Shown here in pieces: positions 25,573 through 38,278 of a stretch of DNA of 64,000 bases (position 1 is its first letter; each line of letters starts with the position of its first letter). A program made the translations under genes and the position numbers. The notes beneath the pieces were generated by a model that searched no databases, was not told the DNA's origin, and was given only the letters and a program-made list of their open reading frames with translations. The stretch covers positions 305,536,001 to 305,600,000 of the forward strand of contig OZ024740.1 in NCBI GenBank assembly GCA_964016885.1, written 5' to 3'. This DNA comes from Eledone cirrhosa. Its lineage: Eukaryota.

Positions 25573-25999
25573 TAATTTAATCTTTTACTAAGCCCCAAAC
25601 TGAAATGTAAGCAATTTATAGTTAGCCCAACTATCAGGAATTTTATACCTTTTCTAAACAGGAAATCAAAATATTTCATGATTTCCAACTTGTTCTCTAT
25701 TTATCTCAATCTCTGGTTGTTCACATCTTCAGTTGCCTTGCAATGTTCCTACCTCTACACAATGTACACCAAATAGTTAATATGGGTATATGAGAAGTTT
25801 GTAGCCTTGAGGCATAATCTATTAGAAATACACAAAGACTTTATATATCTAATTAGAATGTTACCTGAAACAGTGTTTCAATATTAGATGTATTAGACTA
25901 ATTTTGTTTGAATTCAGAATACAGAGCAAACTGTAAAAAATGAATTTGAGTAGTTCATATTTTCATTCAAGGGCTGGCTGGTAAAACAAGTTCTTACCA

Positions 26000-26930
26000 T
26001 CATTATTCTTATGTACACATGTCCATATTTGGTTGGCTTGGACGGTTAGTTTTAATAGTGTTTCTATTTGATGCAGCCTTTCTGTAACCAGTCCTTACCA
26101 CTTCTGCAGGCTTTCTTCTTACAGAATTTGACACTTTTCACTTGGCTGTCATTGTTCATGTGCTTCACAACAGATAGCTCTTATGTCCTGTTTTTCTCAT
26201 TGTTGATGCAGGCTGACATAATTTCTTACTAGTCATCTCAAATCCTTCACATTTAGTGCTTGTCTCATTAATTTGAGAAACAAGCTGTTAATACATAGTT
26301 TCTTGATCTTTTCACTCTTTATCTTGGCTAGTATGTTTTTACCTCAGATTCTATTGTTTATTTTGTGTATCACATTACTCTGGATACACATCAAAGACCT
26401 ACCTATCCCTTTCTGCATATCAAATACAGCTATTTCCCTGTTGGTAGTAATATTTTCTTGTCTTTACTCAACTGACCTTTTGAATTTAGACTTTGCTTCA
26501 ATGTTAGGATCCTTTTCTCTAATTTACCTAATTAGTATTATACCAATCTTTAACTTGTGTTATGGTCTAGAAAACTATATTAAACAAGAGGGGTGGTTAG
26601 GTCTAAGAACCGAGTTCTGAGGAACATCTACATAGAGTTTGTTGCTAACACTTACAAGCTGTTTCTCTAATCAGTTTTGTTAGTCATAAAACTATGTACT
26701 CCATCAAAGGCCTTCTACAAGTCTGTGAATGCTAAATCCAATTTTTTTTTTTTTTTTTTGCTAACTTTTGTACATGCCTCACTAAAGGTGACTTGGTGGT
26801 TCTATGCCCTGGCATAAATTCAAACTGCATCTCACCCCTCCATACATTTAGTAACTTTCTTTTTGGCATCACCATCATTCTGCATGTAATATTTGCTAAA
26901 TATTACATTACTTTGCAGTTCAGAATGCTT
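26000..26930 (-). mobile_element. Old, heavily degraded RTE-like RT remnant
   Basis: Residual MQFEFMPG and FTDL*KAFD motifs on the minus strand near 26700-26830. Confidence 0.45.
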
Positions 26931-27624
26931 GCAAGCAGCAAAAGGTGCAATTATTTTATCACCAAAACGCCTGCAGTCACTGATATCTGGATATCAGTGA
27001 CTGCAGTATTCTAATTATACAATAGATAGTTTATTACTAATATAAAGTCTCTTTCCCCCAATAAAAAATGTATCACTCAATCTTGACTTGTCAATTAGTA
27101 ACCAAAATCAGTTCAGTATAAGCAAGTCATGATCATCCAACCTGACTTGTCTCACAACGGGACAGCTATTATAACCCATGCTAGTGTGGAAAATGGATGT
27201 TAAATGGGGATGATGATGATAGCAATTTTGAATTCTCGGTAAATGTATTTCCATGTTGACAACCTGAGGTGGTGGACATTCCTTATTGAAGGTTCGAAAA
27301 CAAACGTAGCCTCTTCACAATTAACAGCATGCTTGCTGCTGTAGCAAGCATTCTTAAAGGTTTTCAGATGAAATTATGACAGGTTTTAGATAAATATACT
27401 CACTAAAGAAAACAGTTGTATTGGAAATCTGGGGCAATTTTAGGGAGTTTGGTATTAAAGATATCATCTAAACTGAGGAAGTTATGGGTACATGTGGTAA
27501 AGTCAGGTGTTCAAGATATCAGGTTTTTTCACATGACATAAGAAAAGACCAAGGTAAGTTATATGTTGAATGCTATACTTGTCCACAAGATGTAAACAAT
27601 TTTCAGTTATAATTTATTAAAACA

Positions 27625-27886
27625 CTAGCTGAGGTACCCAGCTCCGCCTGGGAGAACAGTTAAGAGAAATCGTCTGTATGGGATGTGAGTGAGAGACATA
27701 ACGCAATATTGTTAAACCTTCCTATAGATAAAATGATCTATAGTTTAAGCTGTTTCTAGACTTTCGTGGGACGTTACTCTCTCTCTGAATATCTAACACT
27801 TTAATTGTATCTCTCTCTTTAAATGTGTGTAGTTTTTGTGTGATTCAACCTACCAATAAACATCTTTCTTTTATATTACATATAGA
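27625..27886 (-). mobile_element. Non-autonomous Helitron
   Basis: Minus strand starts A|TCTATATG and ends with hairpin CCCAGgcggagCTGGG, 8 nt, then CTAG|T. Inserted in AT with no TSD. Confidence 0.75.
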
Positions 27887-29135
27887 TGTTGAAATTATTT
27901 TATTAAAGCTACCTCCTGCTGAATAAAATTCTTACTCTACCCACAAAAGTCTTTTGTATGGTTTTGTGTCACGAGTTTAAAAAGCTTTACAGGTACATTA
28001 ATTTAATTGCTATAATTAATTAAAAAAAAAAAAAAAAAAATCAAAAACAAAATCCAACTTTGGCATAAGATTAATTTGAGGACATCAGCTTGCAGCAGGT
28101 ATGGCACTAATTGAGCAGTAGTTACATAATTCTTCCTTACTAATTACATTTTAATTATCTCCTTTCAGACCAAGTTCATTCAACAGTTGCCAGAAACTTA
28201 ACTAAAGTTCATTATTTTCAATAAAAAAAACAAAAAAACAAAACAAAGCTATTTTAAAAATAGACTCCAGAAATTATATATGTTCATTGTTAGAAGTTTT
28301 AAACTTCAGCTAATGATAGTAAATGTGCTGAACTTGTAAACAAATGTTTAGAGGTAAAATACAGAATGATGTATGCAAACAATTCAAGTTAATTGAAATT
28401 TCCTTATTAGTTGAACAAACAAAAACCGAGCAGTGTTCATGAGTGACTTAAGATCCTGTTTTGATCAGTTGACAATAGTTCTTAAATATATAACATTTTT
28501 GGCTAGAATTTGCATAATTATAATATAATTTACATAGTTTTATTAGATCTCATTTATAATAGCTAACAATGCACAGCAGGTAAGGAGACAACTATGATCA
28601 AATTTTCTTTGCAATTTCCACTAGGTTTGGTTTTCCTGAGAGAACTTTCAGTTATTTGAGAACTTAAATCTAATACATCATACCTTAACTTTGTAAATTG
28701 ATGCCACTAATCATTTCCATTTAACTCAGTCATATAAATGGGGTTTTCCCATATCAACAGTCCCACAAAACTGTTATTCAGACAATAAATCCCCATACAC
28801 TCTCCATTATAAATTTAAATACATATTTTTTCGTTTTCAACTGTTTCAAGACCTAAATCTTAATATAGTCATTGTTTGTAGAGTGGATGTTTTTCTTGGT
28901 CAAGCAAACCAAAATAGGGCTAAATAACTGCAAGAATAGTAAAATTAAAGCCTTAAAAAGTTAGCTTTAATAAAATGATTTCAGTGAACACACACCCCTG
29001 TATATATAATAATAATGAAATTATTGTGTTCAGTGCTCAGGTGCATGTATAGTACAGAGAATAATATACAAATGTCAGCAAAGTGAACAGTGTATAGAAA
29101 AAAAGGTGGGAGGGAGCAGACTGACCCCTAAATCA

Positions 29136-30149
29136 TTAACTGGGTTCATTAAAGATTGGGACCAGGGACCAGCTGGTCCCTAGTAGAAAGTCTTGGTTCA
29201 GGAAGAACCTATCGCTGGCTGTTTTGAGGGTGGTGTGGTGGTCATCTGTCCGAGCAATGTCCATCTCTTCCAGTCTGTTCGCAGTGGTCTGGACACTGTC
29301 AAACATCTGTAACATCGTACGGAAGGCGCTGAGCCGGGCGAGCGTCACATTGAGCTGGGTCGGCAGAGTGTCGGACATCCGGCACCAGGCCGCGAGCTTG
29401 TTGTCGTAGCAACTGTGGAAGTGCTCCAGCCTGGCGTTCATGCTGGTAACCATGGTGTCCAGTGATCGACAGGTGCCCGTGACTTCTTCGCAGGTGTAGA
29501 GATTGTAGAGGTGCTTGTCTTTAATCACTGTCAGCTCTTCCAATTTGTCATTCAACTCTTGGACAAGTTTCTCAGTGGCGTCTTTCAACTTCTCTATCAG
29601 CTCTGTGACTTGGTTCCTTGATATATTTTCCAAAGTCTTGTGTTGAGATTTCATGATGAGGGCAGCAACGTCCCCAGGAAGCAAATCAACCTTAGGAGAG
29701 AAAAGTCCCTTTATAACGGTCGGGTGGCTCACAATCTCCTGAATAAACTGGTTTCCCTGTTCATAGTCCTTGTCCAAATTTGAGGGGTCATTTTCTCCAT
29801 TACAGGTTTCTGAAAGTTCCAAAAGAAGCGAGAACTGAAGTTGGTCCCTTTTAGACGCTGTGCCCTTAATAAGGTCAATCCTGTCAGATGAGCAGAAACC
29901 CAGGGAGGACATTAGAGTTAAGAGCTCTTTTGAATACTTCTCGTTATCGAACCGAACCGATGTGTTCGTGTTGGCCAAAATCTTGGGTTCAATTCTACAC
30001 AACAACCATTCCACCACTTTCTTCCTCTGCTCCGATGGTGTGACCAGCTGACCACAGATCCATTCCTGGTCAACCCCGAAGACAATGGAACAGTCCAAGG
30101 CCTCCAAATGTTGCCGGAGACTTTCAACGGAATTGAAATAAACCGCCAT
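29136..30149 (-). CDS. HAUS7: HAUS augmin-like complex subunit 7, intronless CDS (alternative upstream ATG at 30215)
   Basis: LEALDCSIVFGVDQEWICGQLVTPSEQRKKVVEWLL...LGFCSSDRIDLIKGTASKRDQLQF resembles human HAUS7 (LKDLNCPFLEG...LCSPSEYRLEILEWM...LCAPDDQELLKGCACAQKQLHF). Also LFSPKVDLLP and a coiled-coil C-terminal half. The ORF is intact over more than 1 kb. Confidence 0.82.
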   Translation of the reverse strand: MAVYFNSVESLRQHLEALDCSIVFGVDQEWICGQLVTPSEQRKKVVEWLLCRIEPKILANTNTSVRFDNEKYSKELLTLMSSLGFCSSDRIDLIKGTASKRDQLQFSLLLELSETCNGENDPSNLDKDYEQGNQFIQEIVSHPTVIKGLFSPKVDLLPGDVAALIMKSQHKTLENISRNQVTELIEKLKDATEKLVQELNDKLEELTVIKDKHLYNLYTCEEVTGTCRSLDTMVTSMNARLEHFHSCYDNKLAAWCRMSDTLPTQLNVTLARLSAFRTMLQMFDSVQTTANRLEEMDIARTDDHHTTLKTASDRFFLNQDFLLGTSWSLVPIFNEPS

Positions 30150-31020
30150 ATGTAATGTTAGTGTCCATGGATGACAAAGCTCAGAGCCAAGAGAAAAATT
30201 GGATATAGTGTGCATGTGGGAAGACTAAATTTGGCAGGTGTTTATGGAGGATGTCAGCTGTATAAAAAGTGTCGAGTCATTGAACCCATCGAAGTGGGAA
30301 ACAAAGGAAGACAACTTCACAAGAGACTGCTTGTTGTGATGAAGCCTTGGGCTAGAGTGGACTGCTCAACCAAGGCATACAGGAAAAGATTAATGTAAAA
30401 ATAATGTTAATGGGCATTGTGATGAATTTCTCTCAACCTTTATGTTCACATGAGGTTTCCAAATACCATACTATCACCCTATCTGTGTCATTGCATCGAA
30501 TCTGTCTGTATTCAATTTATTCATTACCATCACCCTCTCCTCCATCATGTTGTTTCTATTTAAAGTCCTTATTAACAATCATCATGTAAATATCACTCTT
30601 TTTCTCATTCTACTGGTGAGTAAAGAAACAGTGACAACATAGAGAGGATTCTTTAGTTATGCTGTCGACAAGGTCACCTCACTAGAGCCGGAGCTATAAC
30701 ATGCATCCAGTACACCCAGTAAAGTGGTTGGCAATACCATAGGATTCCAGATGTAGAAATCATATCAAAATAGAATGCACAAGAAATTTAGCATTTACTT
30801 CTGTGCCAGCAGCACAATAAAATGCATCCAGCTGTAGAAATCATGTCAAAAGCGGAACTTATGAGCCAGATGCAGTCCCTGCCATCTGGAAAACTGATTA
30901 GAAATGTTTTCAATTTCAAAATAAATCAAAAGGCTATTTAAGATAAAAATATTTATATTGAAATGGAAATTTGGAATCTTTAGCTTGAATCAGAAGCAAA
31001 TTGCAGCCAATAGGTCGACA

Positions 31021-31055
31021 CTACCGCTTTCCAGACTTCTTTATACCACCGCCAC
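31021..31055 (-). CDS. TMA7: TMA7 coding exon 4 (last)
   Basis: tttcag|GT GGC GGT GGT ATA AAG AAG TCT GGA AAG CGG TAG, giving [11 protein letters not shown]. Confidence 0.93.
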
Positions 31056-31641
31056 CTGAAATGAAACATTTATTTTTTGTAACAAAGTTAACAGGACATT
31101 TCAGCTGGCATATATACATCCTTCAAGTGTCTCTCTTATTCAATAGTAACATTTCATAAAACTCTTTACACTATAACAATATACCTTTATAGTACTTTAC
31201 TAAATATAATTTTCTTGCTTGAATAGTTTATCTGGAACTAGTAAAGTTTCCTTCTTAGACATTTACCCCAAAACATTATTACACAAACAATTCAGGTTAG
31301 TGGCCATTAAAATAATCAAACTGTCAACTTCAATCACAAACTTATTGAATTTTTTGGCACACCACACCTATTTCTATATAGCACCTGTTAATTTCTTTCA
31401 ACATCACAAGACTAACTGCAATACAACCACACAATACAGGAACACAATGGAAGCCTCCCCAAACCCAGTCACCGATGATATCTCACATCTTTTCGTTTAT
31501 AATAAAATTCTTATTCTCTAACTTTACTTACAACTGCATATCACAAGACATCTTTAAACCTACTAAAATCTTCAACAAACCCAATTCCTTCATTTTTCTA
31601 ATATTCATCAGCAACCAATTCTCAATAACATTCATACATAC

Positions 31642-31729
31642 CCATTGGACCTTTCTGAGTTGCTTTAGCTCTTGCATCTTTCAAGGCCTTTTCTTTTTCT
31701 TTCTCCTTTTGTTTAAATGCTATTTCGTC
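31642..31729 (-). CDS. TMA7: TMA7 coding exon 3
   Basis: ggcag|[29 protein letters not shown](G)|gtatgt. Confidence 0.93.
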
Positions 31730-31882
31730 CTGCCAAAACACCACAATAAATTACAATAGAAAACAGCCAGGAGCAGAAGATGGTAATACCAAAGAGCACA
31801 ACAAGTTTAATGCATCAGCATGGAAATGCTTTATGTTTAAAGATTAAAAAAAAACAAAAAAAAACACTATTTAATTCCTTAC

Positions 31883-31938
31883 ATTATCCATTTCTTTGTT
31901 TTCTTTTTTAGGGGCCTTTAAAGGCTTTTTTTTCCCAC
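31883..31938 (-). CDS. TMA7: TMA7 coding exon 2
   Basis: ttacag|(G)[18 protein letters not shown]|gtaagg. Confidence 0.94.
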
Positions 31939-34310
31939 CTGTAAATTAAAAAAAATTAAATTATTGTACAGGAAACAAATTATATTGAATGAAATATGTC
32001 GAAAAATAAAAATATGGTTCGTGTGGTGTGACCCATTCAAAATAGAAGTAGCTGGCTAGAGTTAGGTTATAACTAATAAAAAGAAATTTCAAAAGGAATA
32101 TTGGAGGAAACTCCCAAAATATGAACTCAGCAAAAATTAAAAATAGGTGTAGGTGGAAATCAATTCTGGTGACATCTTTGAACATAAGACAACCAAACAT
32201 TTTATCCCATGTTTCACTGATTCTGCTACCCACCACAATATACAGAGGGCTCATCTATTTTACCTTTTCTATTATGGTTGTCTTGATTGTTGCCACCCAA
32301 AATTAAACATAATGTTAATCACATCTTCACCTGTTGACTAGAGACCCCATCAATATCCATTATCACACCCTTGACTAGATTTGCATCTTTTATTGGCAGT
32401 GGTACCCAAAATACCCTGCAATGAATATTCAAAAGCACCAAAACAAATATTACATAGCTAAAACCCAATTATTTATTATTTAGAGACTGAAAATACTGCA
32501 GCACTGAACAACTGCTAACCTACTCATATCAATATTCAACAAGCACTGAACTGTGACTAACACAAAAGTTCCTGTTCCTTTAAGGTTTCCGACTGTACAA
32601 CAGCCACTTACATAATATATACCCGACAAAGAGAAAGTCTTCATAGAAATTACAATTACTGGGGGGGAAAAAGACATTGATGACTGAAGGTGAGAGTTGT
32701 TTATCATCAGCATCATTTTTATGTCCTCTTTCCATAGTAACATGGGTGAAACAAGCCGTCATGGGCCAAGATCAGATAGGTCAGAGAAAACAATTGAACT
32801 TCTAAATTTGGTATGGTTTCTATGGCTGGATACTTTTTTTTCGTGACACCAAAACATTCACTTTACAGAGTGGACTGGGTGCATTTCATCAGGGTATAAC
32901 ACTAACACTACTCTCCAGATGAAATAAGTGAGTGATTGGACAACTGTTTTTTTGGGGGGGGGGAGGGGGGGGGGGAGGGGTGAGGGGAGGAGAGATAAGC
33001 CACATTGTTTCCATTTTTGCGATAGATACTTATACAGAAAACACTTTTTGAATCAATTGCTCTTTAGCTTCAGGTCAACCTGTGATCAAATCTTACATTG
33101 TGGTAAACTGATCCTCCTCACCACTACCTGAGCTTACTCTCTCTTCTGGATAAGATGGTGTCTTCTTGCCCTGAGCTTTTGAGAAATATCTCATGTCAGT
33201 TGTCCTGATGGCCACCAGCACCTTTACTTTAGGTGGACAGTCACCAACACTGTTTAACATGCACTCTATGCTAGTTGACAATATCTGATTCCTGTACAGT
33301 AGGATTTGTTTGCACCTCCAGAAACTCTTCAGTGAGGCTACTGAATGTAAACTGCGAAATGTCACTGGTTCTGTACAGTGCTACACTGCTGAGGTTGTAG
33401 GGACGACACAGCTACATGAAGAGAAACCAATTTTTCTTCTTTTTGAGGGACACAACTGTTGCTAATGGAACTGTGAATACCAGCAGAGGTCACAGAACAA
33501 GAGACAGAATGGAACGTTAATAGATCCAGATCAGACAGGTCTGACTTTCAAACACAGGGAGCTAGGCAGCATAGATTGAAGAATACTTAACCAGAATCTT
33601 GACTAACTGCCCTGCTGGAGAGTAGGGGGGGGGGGGGGGGCTGTAAAGCGTTGGTAACACGCCAAAAAGTGCCCAGCCCACACTGTAAAGTGGTCATGTA
33701 GGTGTGTGTCACAACAAAAACCACACTATAAATGTGACTGGCATTAGGAAGGGCATCCAGCCATAGAAACCTAGCCAGAACCAGTTCTGTATGAGCAAGA
33801 CATGGTCACCTGACCTGGCTTGCCTCACAAAAGGAGAACTTGTTTAACCTATGCTAGCATGAAAAATTGGACGTTAAACGGTGATGAGGATTTCCTTTTC
33901 TTCAGTACCATGGACCGTGATTTGGTGACTTTCAGAATCATCTTTGCCCAGGCGAGAAGTTTCTAAGCTTCTCAAATCCTTGCATGAGCTACCTGCTCCC
34001 GATGACTTATGTTGTTTTGATGGCAAAGTTGTCCATATAAGTATCTAAGACTACATTTTATGTATCCTTCTGCTAAGATGATTAGGGTTGATTTGGTTAT
34101 CTCTAACAAGTCAAGCAATAATGTAGAGGCCCCGCTTGGCAATTATATGCTTATGGGGATGATGCAAATTGAATGGAGAAGGAGAATATAAGTGAGGTTT
34201 TATAGGATTCTTAATCCTATATACCCTCTTTCTTAGTTTATAGGTGATTCTTTTATTTCCTTCTTTAACTATCCTATCCTTTCACAAGTTTATACTCATT
34301 TTAAACCACT

Positions 34311-34645
34311 CATCATCATCATCATTTTACGTCCGCTTTTCCCTGCTTGCAAGGGTGGGACGGAAACTGATTCTGGCTTGATTTCTACAGCTGGATGCCC
34401 TTCCTAACACCAACCTCATTTACAGTGAGTGCTGGGTGCTTTTTTTCCATGGCACCTCCACGACCACATTGCAGTGGAATGATAGGGACCTCAGTCCTTA
34501 TCTCACTTCTACAGTTGAGTAAACTGGAACAATGTGAAATAAAGTGTCTTGCTCAAGGAAACAACACATCACCCGGTCTGAGAATTGAACTCACAACCTT
34601 TTAATTGCAAGGCCAATGCTCTAACCACTAAGCCATGTGCCTCCA
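34311..34645 (-). mobile_element. SINE family A, full length
   Basis: Reverse complement of the 12046 and 17407 copies, with tRNA head and (ATG)n tail. Confidence 0.88.
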
Positions 34646-34885
34646 TATTTATATATAATACACTTCCTATAGTATCCCTCCATCATATTTCTTTTTAGAA
34701 TTAACCCTCACTATCTAGTCCTTTCTTATCCTTTTGTGACTAATTTTATACTCTTTGACCATATTCTTTATAAACCCCTTCTTTTAGATTATTTTAATTT
34801 TAATTTCTATCTATATTATTTTTTTTATTTTTATAATTAGTATTCCTGTTGCTGTATCTCTTTTCGCCTTAGTATAAATTATTAA

Positions 34886-35785
34886 CATCATCATCGTTTA
34901 ATGTCTATCTTCTATGCTAACATGGGTTAGACAGGAATTGTCCCATTTGAGGCAAGATTGACTGGGTGACTGTGTTTCGCTCGTATAGGATTGTATCTGG
35001 CCGTTTTCTACAGCTGGATGCCCTTCCTAACACCAACCACATTTACAGTGTGGACTGGGTGTTTTTTTTTGTCATGACACCTACACAACCTCTTTAGTTT
35101 GGATTGGATGTTGCAGTACCAACTTTGTATATAGGGAAAGGTGGGTCTTCTGTATTACTGCGTGGCACCAAATATATCGATCCAGTGACATTGTCTTAGA
35201 GACGTGTAAGTGTGCAAGGTTGGATTTTATCACGTCGCCCAAGATTTTTCTAGGTCTACCTACCACGTAACGCCCATCAATTTTGATCACCTTGCACTTT
35301 TTTATACAGGTGTCGTCCTTCATGTGCATCACATGACCATACCAACGTAATCTTCTCTCAAGTAAACAGCATCTGATCCCTCTTATTCCTAATTTATCAC
35401 TTAGTTCGGTTATGTTTTGCCGTTTGTGTATATTACTATTACACATCCAATGGAGCATGCATGCTTCGTTCCTTTCCAATCTGCGCAGGTCCACTGGACA
35501 CAATGCCCATATCTCACTGCCATGTAACATTGTTGTTTGTATACAAGTATCATACAATCTGCCTTTCATTTTTAGATAGCAACCGTTTGTGGCCAACAGC
35601 AGTATTAGCTCTCTGAACTTTTTCTATCCCATTCTAACTCTGGCTACTGTACTTTCAGAGCACCTTCCACTGCTGGTTTTGTCACCCAAGTAACGGAAAG
35701 TGTCCACTATTTCTATAGAACCATCCAGGCAGTAGAAGGAGCTAGTACCCTGTGGACACTTGCTACTTATTGCACCTGAGCATTT
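34886..35785 (-). mobile_element. PHD-RTE family 3' fragment in TMA7 intron 1
   Basis: ORF 35081-35596 is closely similar to the 13566-14360 protein. Confidence 0.88.
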
Positions 35786-35920
35786 GTATGAGCCGAATTC
35801 TGATATGATTTCTGAAACAATTGTAAACCATTAATTATATTTGTTCAAGAATTTGGTTTTTTTTTTTTTCTAACATTTAATTTCTATATTAAATCTCTGC
35901 ATATACCCTATTTGCTTGAC

Positions 35921-36098
35921 TTGGCAGTATCGGTAGAGGGTTGGACGCCATGCTTTCTAGCATAGTTACGTCCCTTTACGGCCCGAGTTCAAATCTCGTC
36001 GAGGTTAATTTTGCCTTTCATCCTTACGGGGTCGATAAAATAAAGTACCAGCAATGTACTGAGTAATTGCTGGCTTTGTGCCAAAAGTAGAAAATTAT
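35921..36098 (+). mobile_element. SINE family B
   Basis: Near-identical to 22491-22670. Confidence 0.85.
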
Positions 36099-36296
36099 TT
36101 CTCTAGCTTACTTTCATTCCTTGCTTGTCTTGCATTTTATACGTATTGAGCACACTATCCCCTTCACTACTGACATAGTTCTCACAACTAATATATCTCT
36201 CCTTGATTAGTTTGTACACATATATGTGTTTGTAGATCCTGAGGCAAATCGGGGTAACTACGTTAAATAAGGCACTCAATGCATTAGTAGAGTGAA

Positions 36297-36355
36297 ATCC
36301 TGATAGTTTTTATACGAATGAAACAGTTCTAATCCCGTAGAAGCGATTTCTATAT
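36297..36355 (+). ncRNA. Degenerate hammerhead motif (family HH-A)
   Basis: atc-CTGATAG-tttttatacgaat-GAAAC-AG-ttctaatc-CC-GTA-gaagcgatttctata; homologous to 1607-1667. Confidence 0.45.
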
Positions 36356-36367
36356 TTTATATATATA

Positions 36368-36790
36368 TATGTGACACCTGTGTGCAGTGCGCAATGCTGC
36401 ATGGTAGTGAAACATGGGCTGTAGTGACCGCATGGGACATGCGTAGACTGGAGAAAAATGAAGCAGCCATGTTTCGTTGGATGTTCAATGTAAATGTGAG
36501 AGAAAGGCAGAGCTTGGACGAGCTGAGGGAGAAACTGGGTTCAAATGGAATTCCAGATGGTATGCAGGAGAGAAGAATGCGTTGGCGTGGGCATATGATG
36601 CGCATGGACAATGACCGATGGGTGAAGAAATCCCAGTGGAAGGAAACTGAAGTAGAAAATCAAGAAAGACCTGAGCAGAAGTTGTGAGAGTAGACCTCAA
36701 ATCGCTAAGACTAGCAGAGGAGAGATGCCGTGCTGAGAAGGACCCGTCCAATCCATGTAAGCACAGAAAAGCGGACATAAAAACGATGAT
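36368..36790 (+). mobile_element. RTE LINE 3' fragment
   Basis: AMLHGSETWAV...RRLEKNEAAMFRWM...RRMRWRGHMMRM. Confidence 0.8.
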
Positions 36791-37267
36791 ATATATGCAT
36801 ACACACACCTTTGAATGGAAATACACATATGAGAAGGATATTCTTAGTTGAAATTTACGGTGTTTGCCATTTTTGTTTCGTTTTGATTTATTTAACATCA
36901 TGGTAGATATTTCACTAAATAAATACAGAGAAAGTGACGTCCGAACGAATATCCTCCATCTCTGGGTCCCGGCTGACAGGATGGAGAGTACATTGCCCTG
37001 GACGACGCCGTACTAAAAAGCGATTGTTATAAAATTTGATGCACAGGTACTTTTCGTGCCTATCCCCGCCACGAGCAAATAAATCAAAAATCGGGACTTC
37101 TTGAAATCACAAACAGACGGCGTCCAGTGTTGGTGCGCGTCTGCGACATATATAAAACGATATGAATGTTTCTGTCTTCATGTTTAGATACAACGGTGCT
37201 ATCAGTAAAAACCACTTCGGGATTTTGAGAAAATATAAATAAAAGGATGACATCAGGTAAATATATA

Positions 37268-37398
37268 TAATAATTGTTTCTACTTTTGGCACAAGCCCAT
37301 GATTACCCAGCACAAGCCCATGATTACCCAGTACATTACTGGTACTTTATTTTATCGACCCCCGTATGGATGAAAGGCAAAGTTAACCTCGACGGAAT
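37268..37398 (-). mobile_element. SINE family B 3' part with a 21-bp internal tandem duplication
   Basis: gcacaagcccatgattaccca occurs twice; ggtactttattttatcgacccc core. Confidence 0.75.
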
Positions 37399-38211
37399 TA
37401 TAATGTAATTAAGCTTTGCATCATATGCCAAATTATTTAACATCTGACCCTAAACCCAAGAATCTCTATTAGAGAAGTCCATCTTGCTAACATTAACAGT
37501 CAAATTCCCTCAAATCACACATAAAAAGACATTGTGCACTGCTAGACCTAGATATGCAAACAGACGAGATGGTCACGGCTAGAACACTTTTAATAATAAA
37601 TCTGCTCAATGAAGATTGAGCAGATAATCTGTCCGAACAATCGACTTGACCTCAGACCAAGACACAAAGAACTCCACGTGATCAATAGCTCTTACTAATG
37701 TCTCTAATTGTACGAATTTCATCGAATAAATATTAGAAAACACAAAGATATTTACAATTTCTGAGTTAATAAAATGATTTATATTGATTATGTGGACACG
37801 TTTGACAATTTAATTTTTATTATCATTTACATCTGGCTTCGAAACGGTGTGTGTATCTAGTTGAGTGTATTACAGATTCTTTCAAATATGGAGACCCCCC
37901 CCCCCCCCAAAAAAAAAAATGAAAATATTTTAAGCAAAGGAACAGATCTTTATATAAAAAATATAGTATTACAATCGAGAAACTTTGTTTTAAATGCGAC
38001 ATAAAGCACAAAAGGCAACGGCTAACTTAATTTTTTTATCTCTAATTTAACTGACAAGCGGTTTCAGTTCTTTTTGTTAATGATTACTCGATGTTTGGGG
38101 AGATATTTAAATATAACAAAATTAAATTATACATATACATCAAGAGTAAATATAATGGAATATTAGCTTTAGATATAAATTAAAAAAAAAATCTAGTAGA
38201 AGGACACTTAC

Positions 38212-38227
38212 CAGAACGGCCAGACAT
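38212..38227 (-). CDS. TMA7: TMA7 coding exon 1; full CDS 195 nt, 64 aa
   Basis: aaaATG TCT GGC CGT TCT G|GTAAGT. Joined protein [64 protein letters not shown] resembles human TMA7. Confidence 0.9.
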
Positions 38228-38278
38228 TTTAAAAATTTGCAGTAAAGAAAACGACCAACTTTCCTTTTATGCGGTTAA

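Noticed and set aside
30150-31055. In-frame TMA7-HAUS7 fusion protein
   Set aside because: The HAUS7 frame has a TAG between the 30257 acceptor and its ATGs, and phase-1 splicing ends at a TGA in another frame.
32953-32992. G-quadruplex element
   Set aside because: Simple G-run like others in the window, with no evidence of function.
31056-38211. snoRNAs in TMA7 introns
   Set aside because: No convincing C/D box pair with a terminal stem found by eye; a computational scan is needed.
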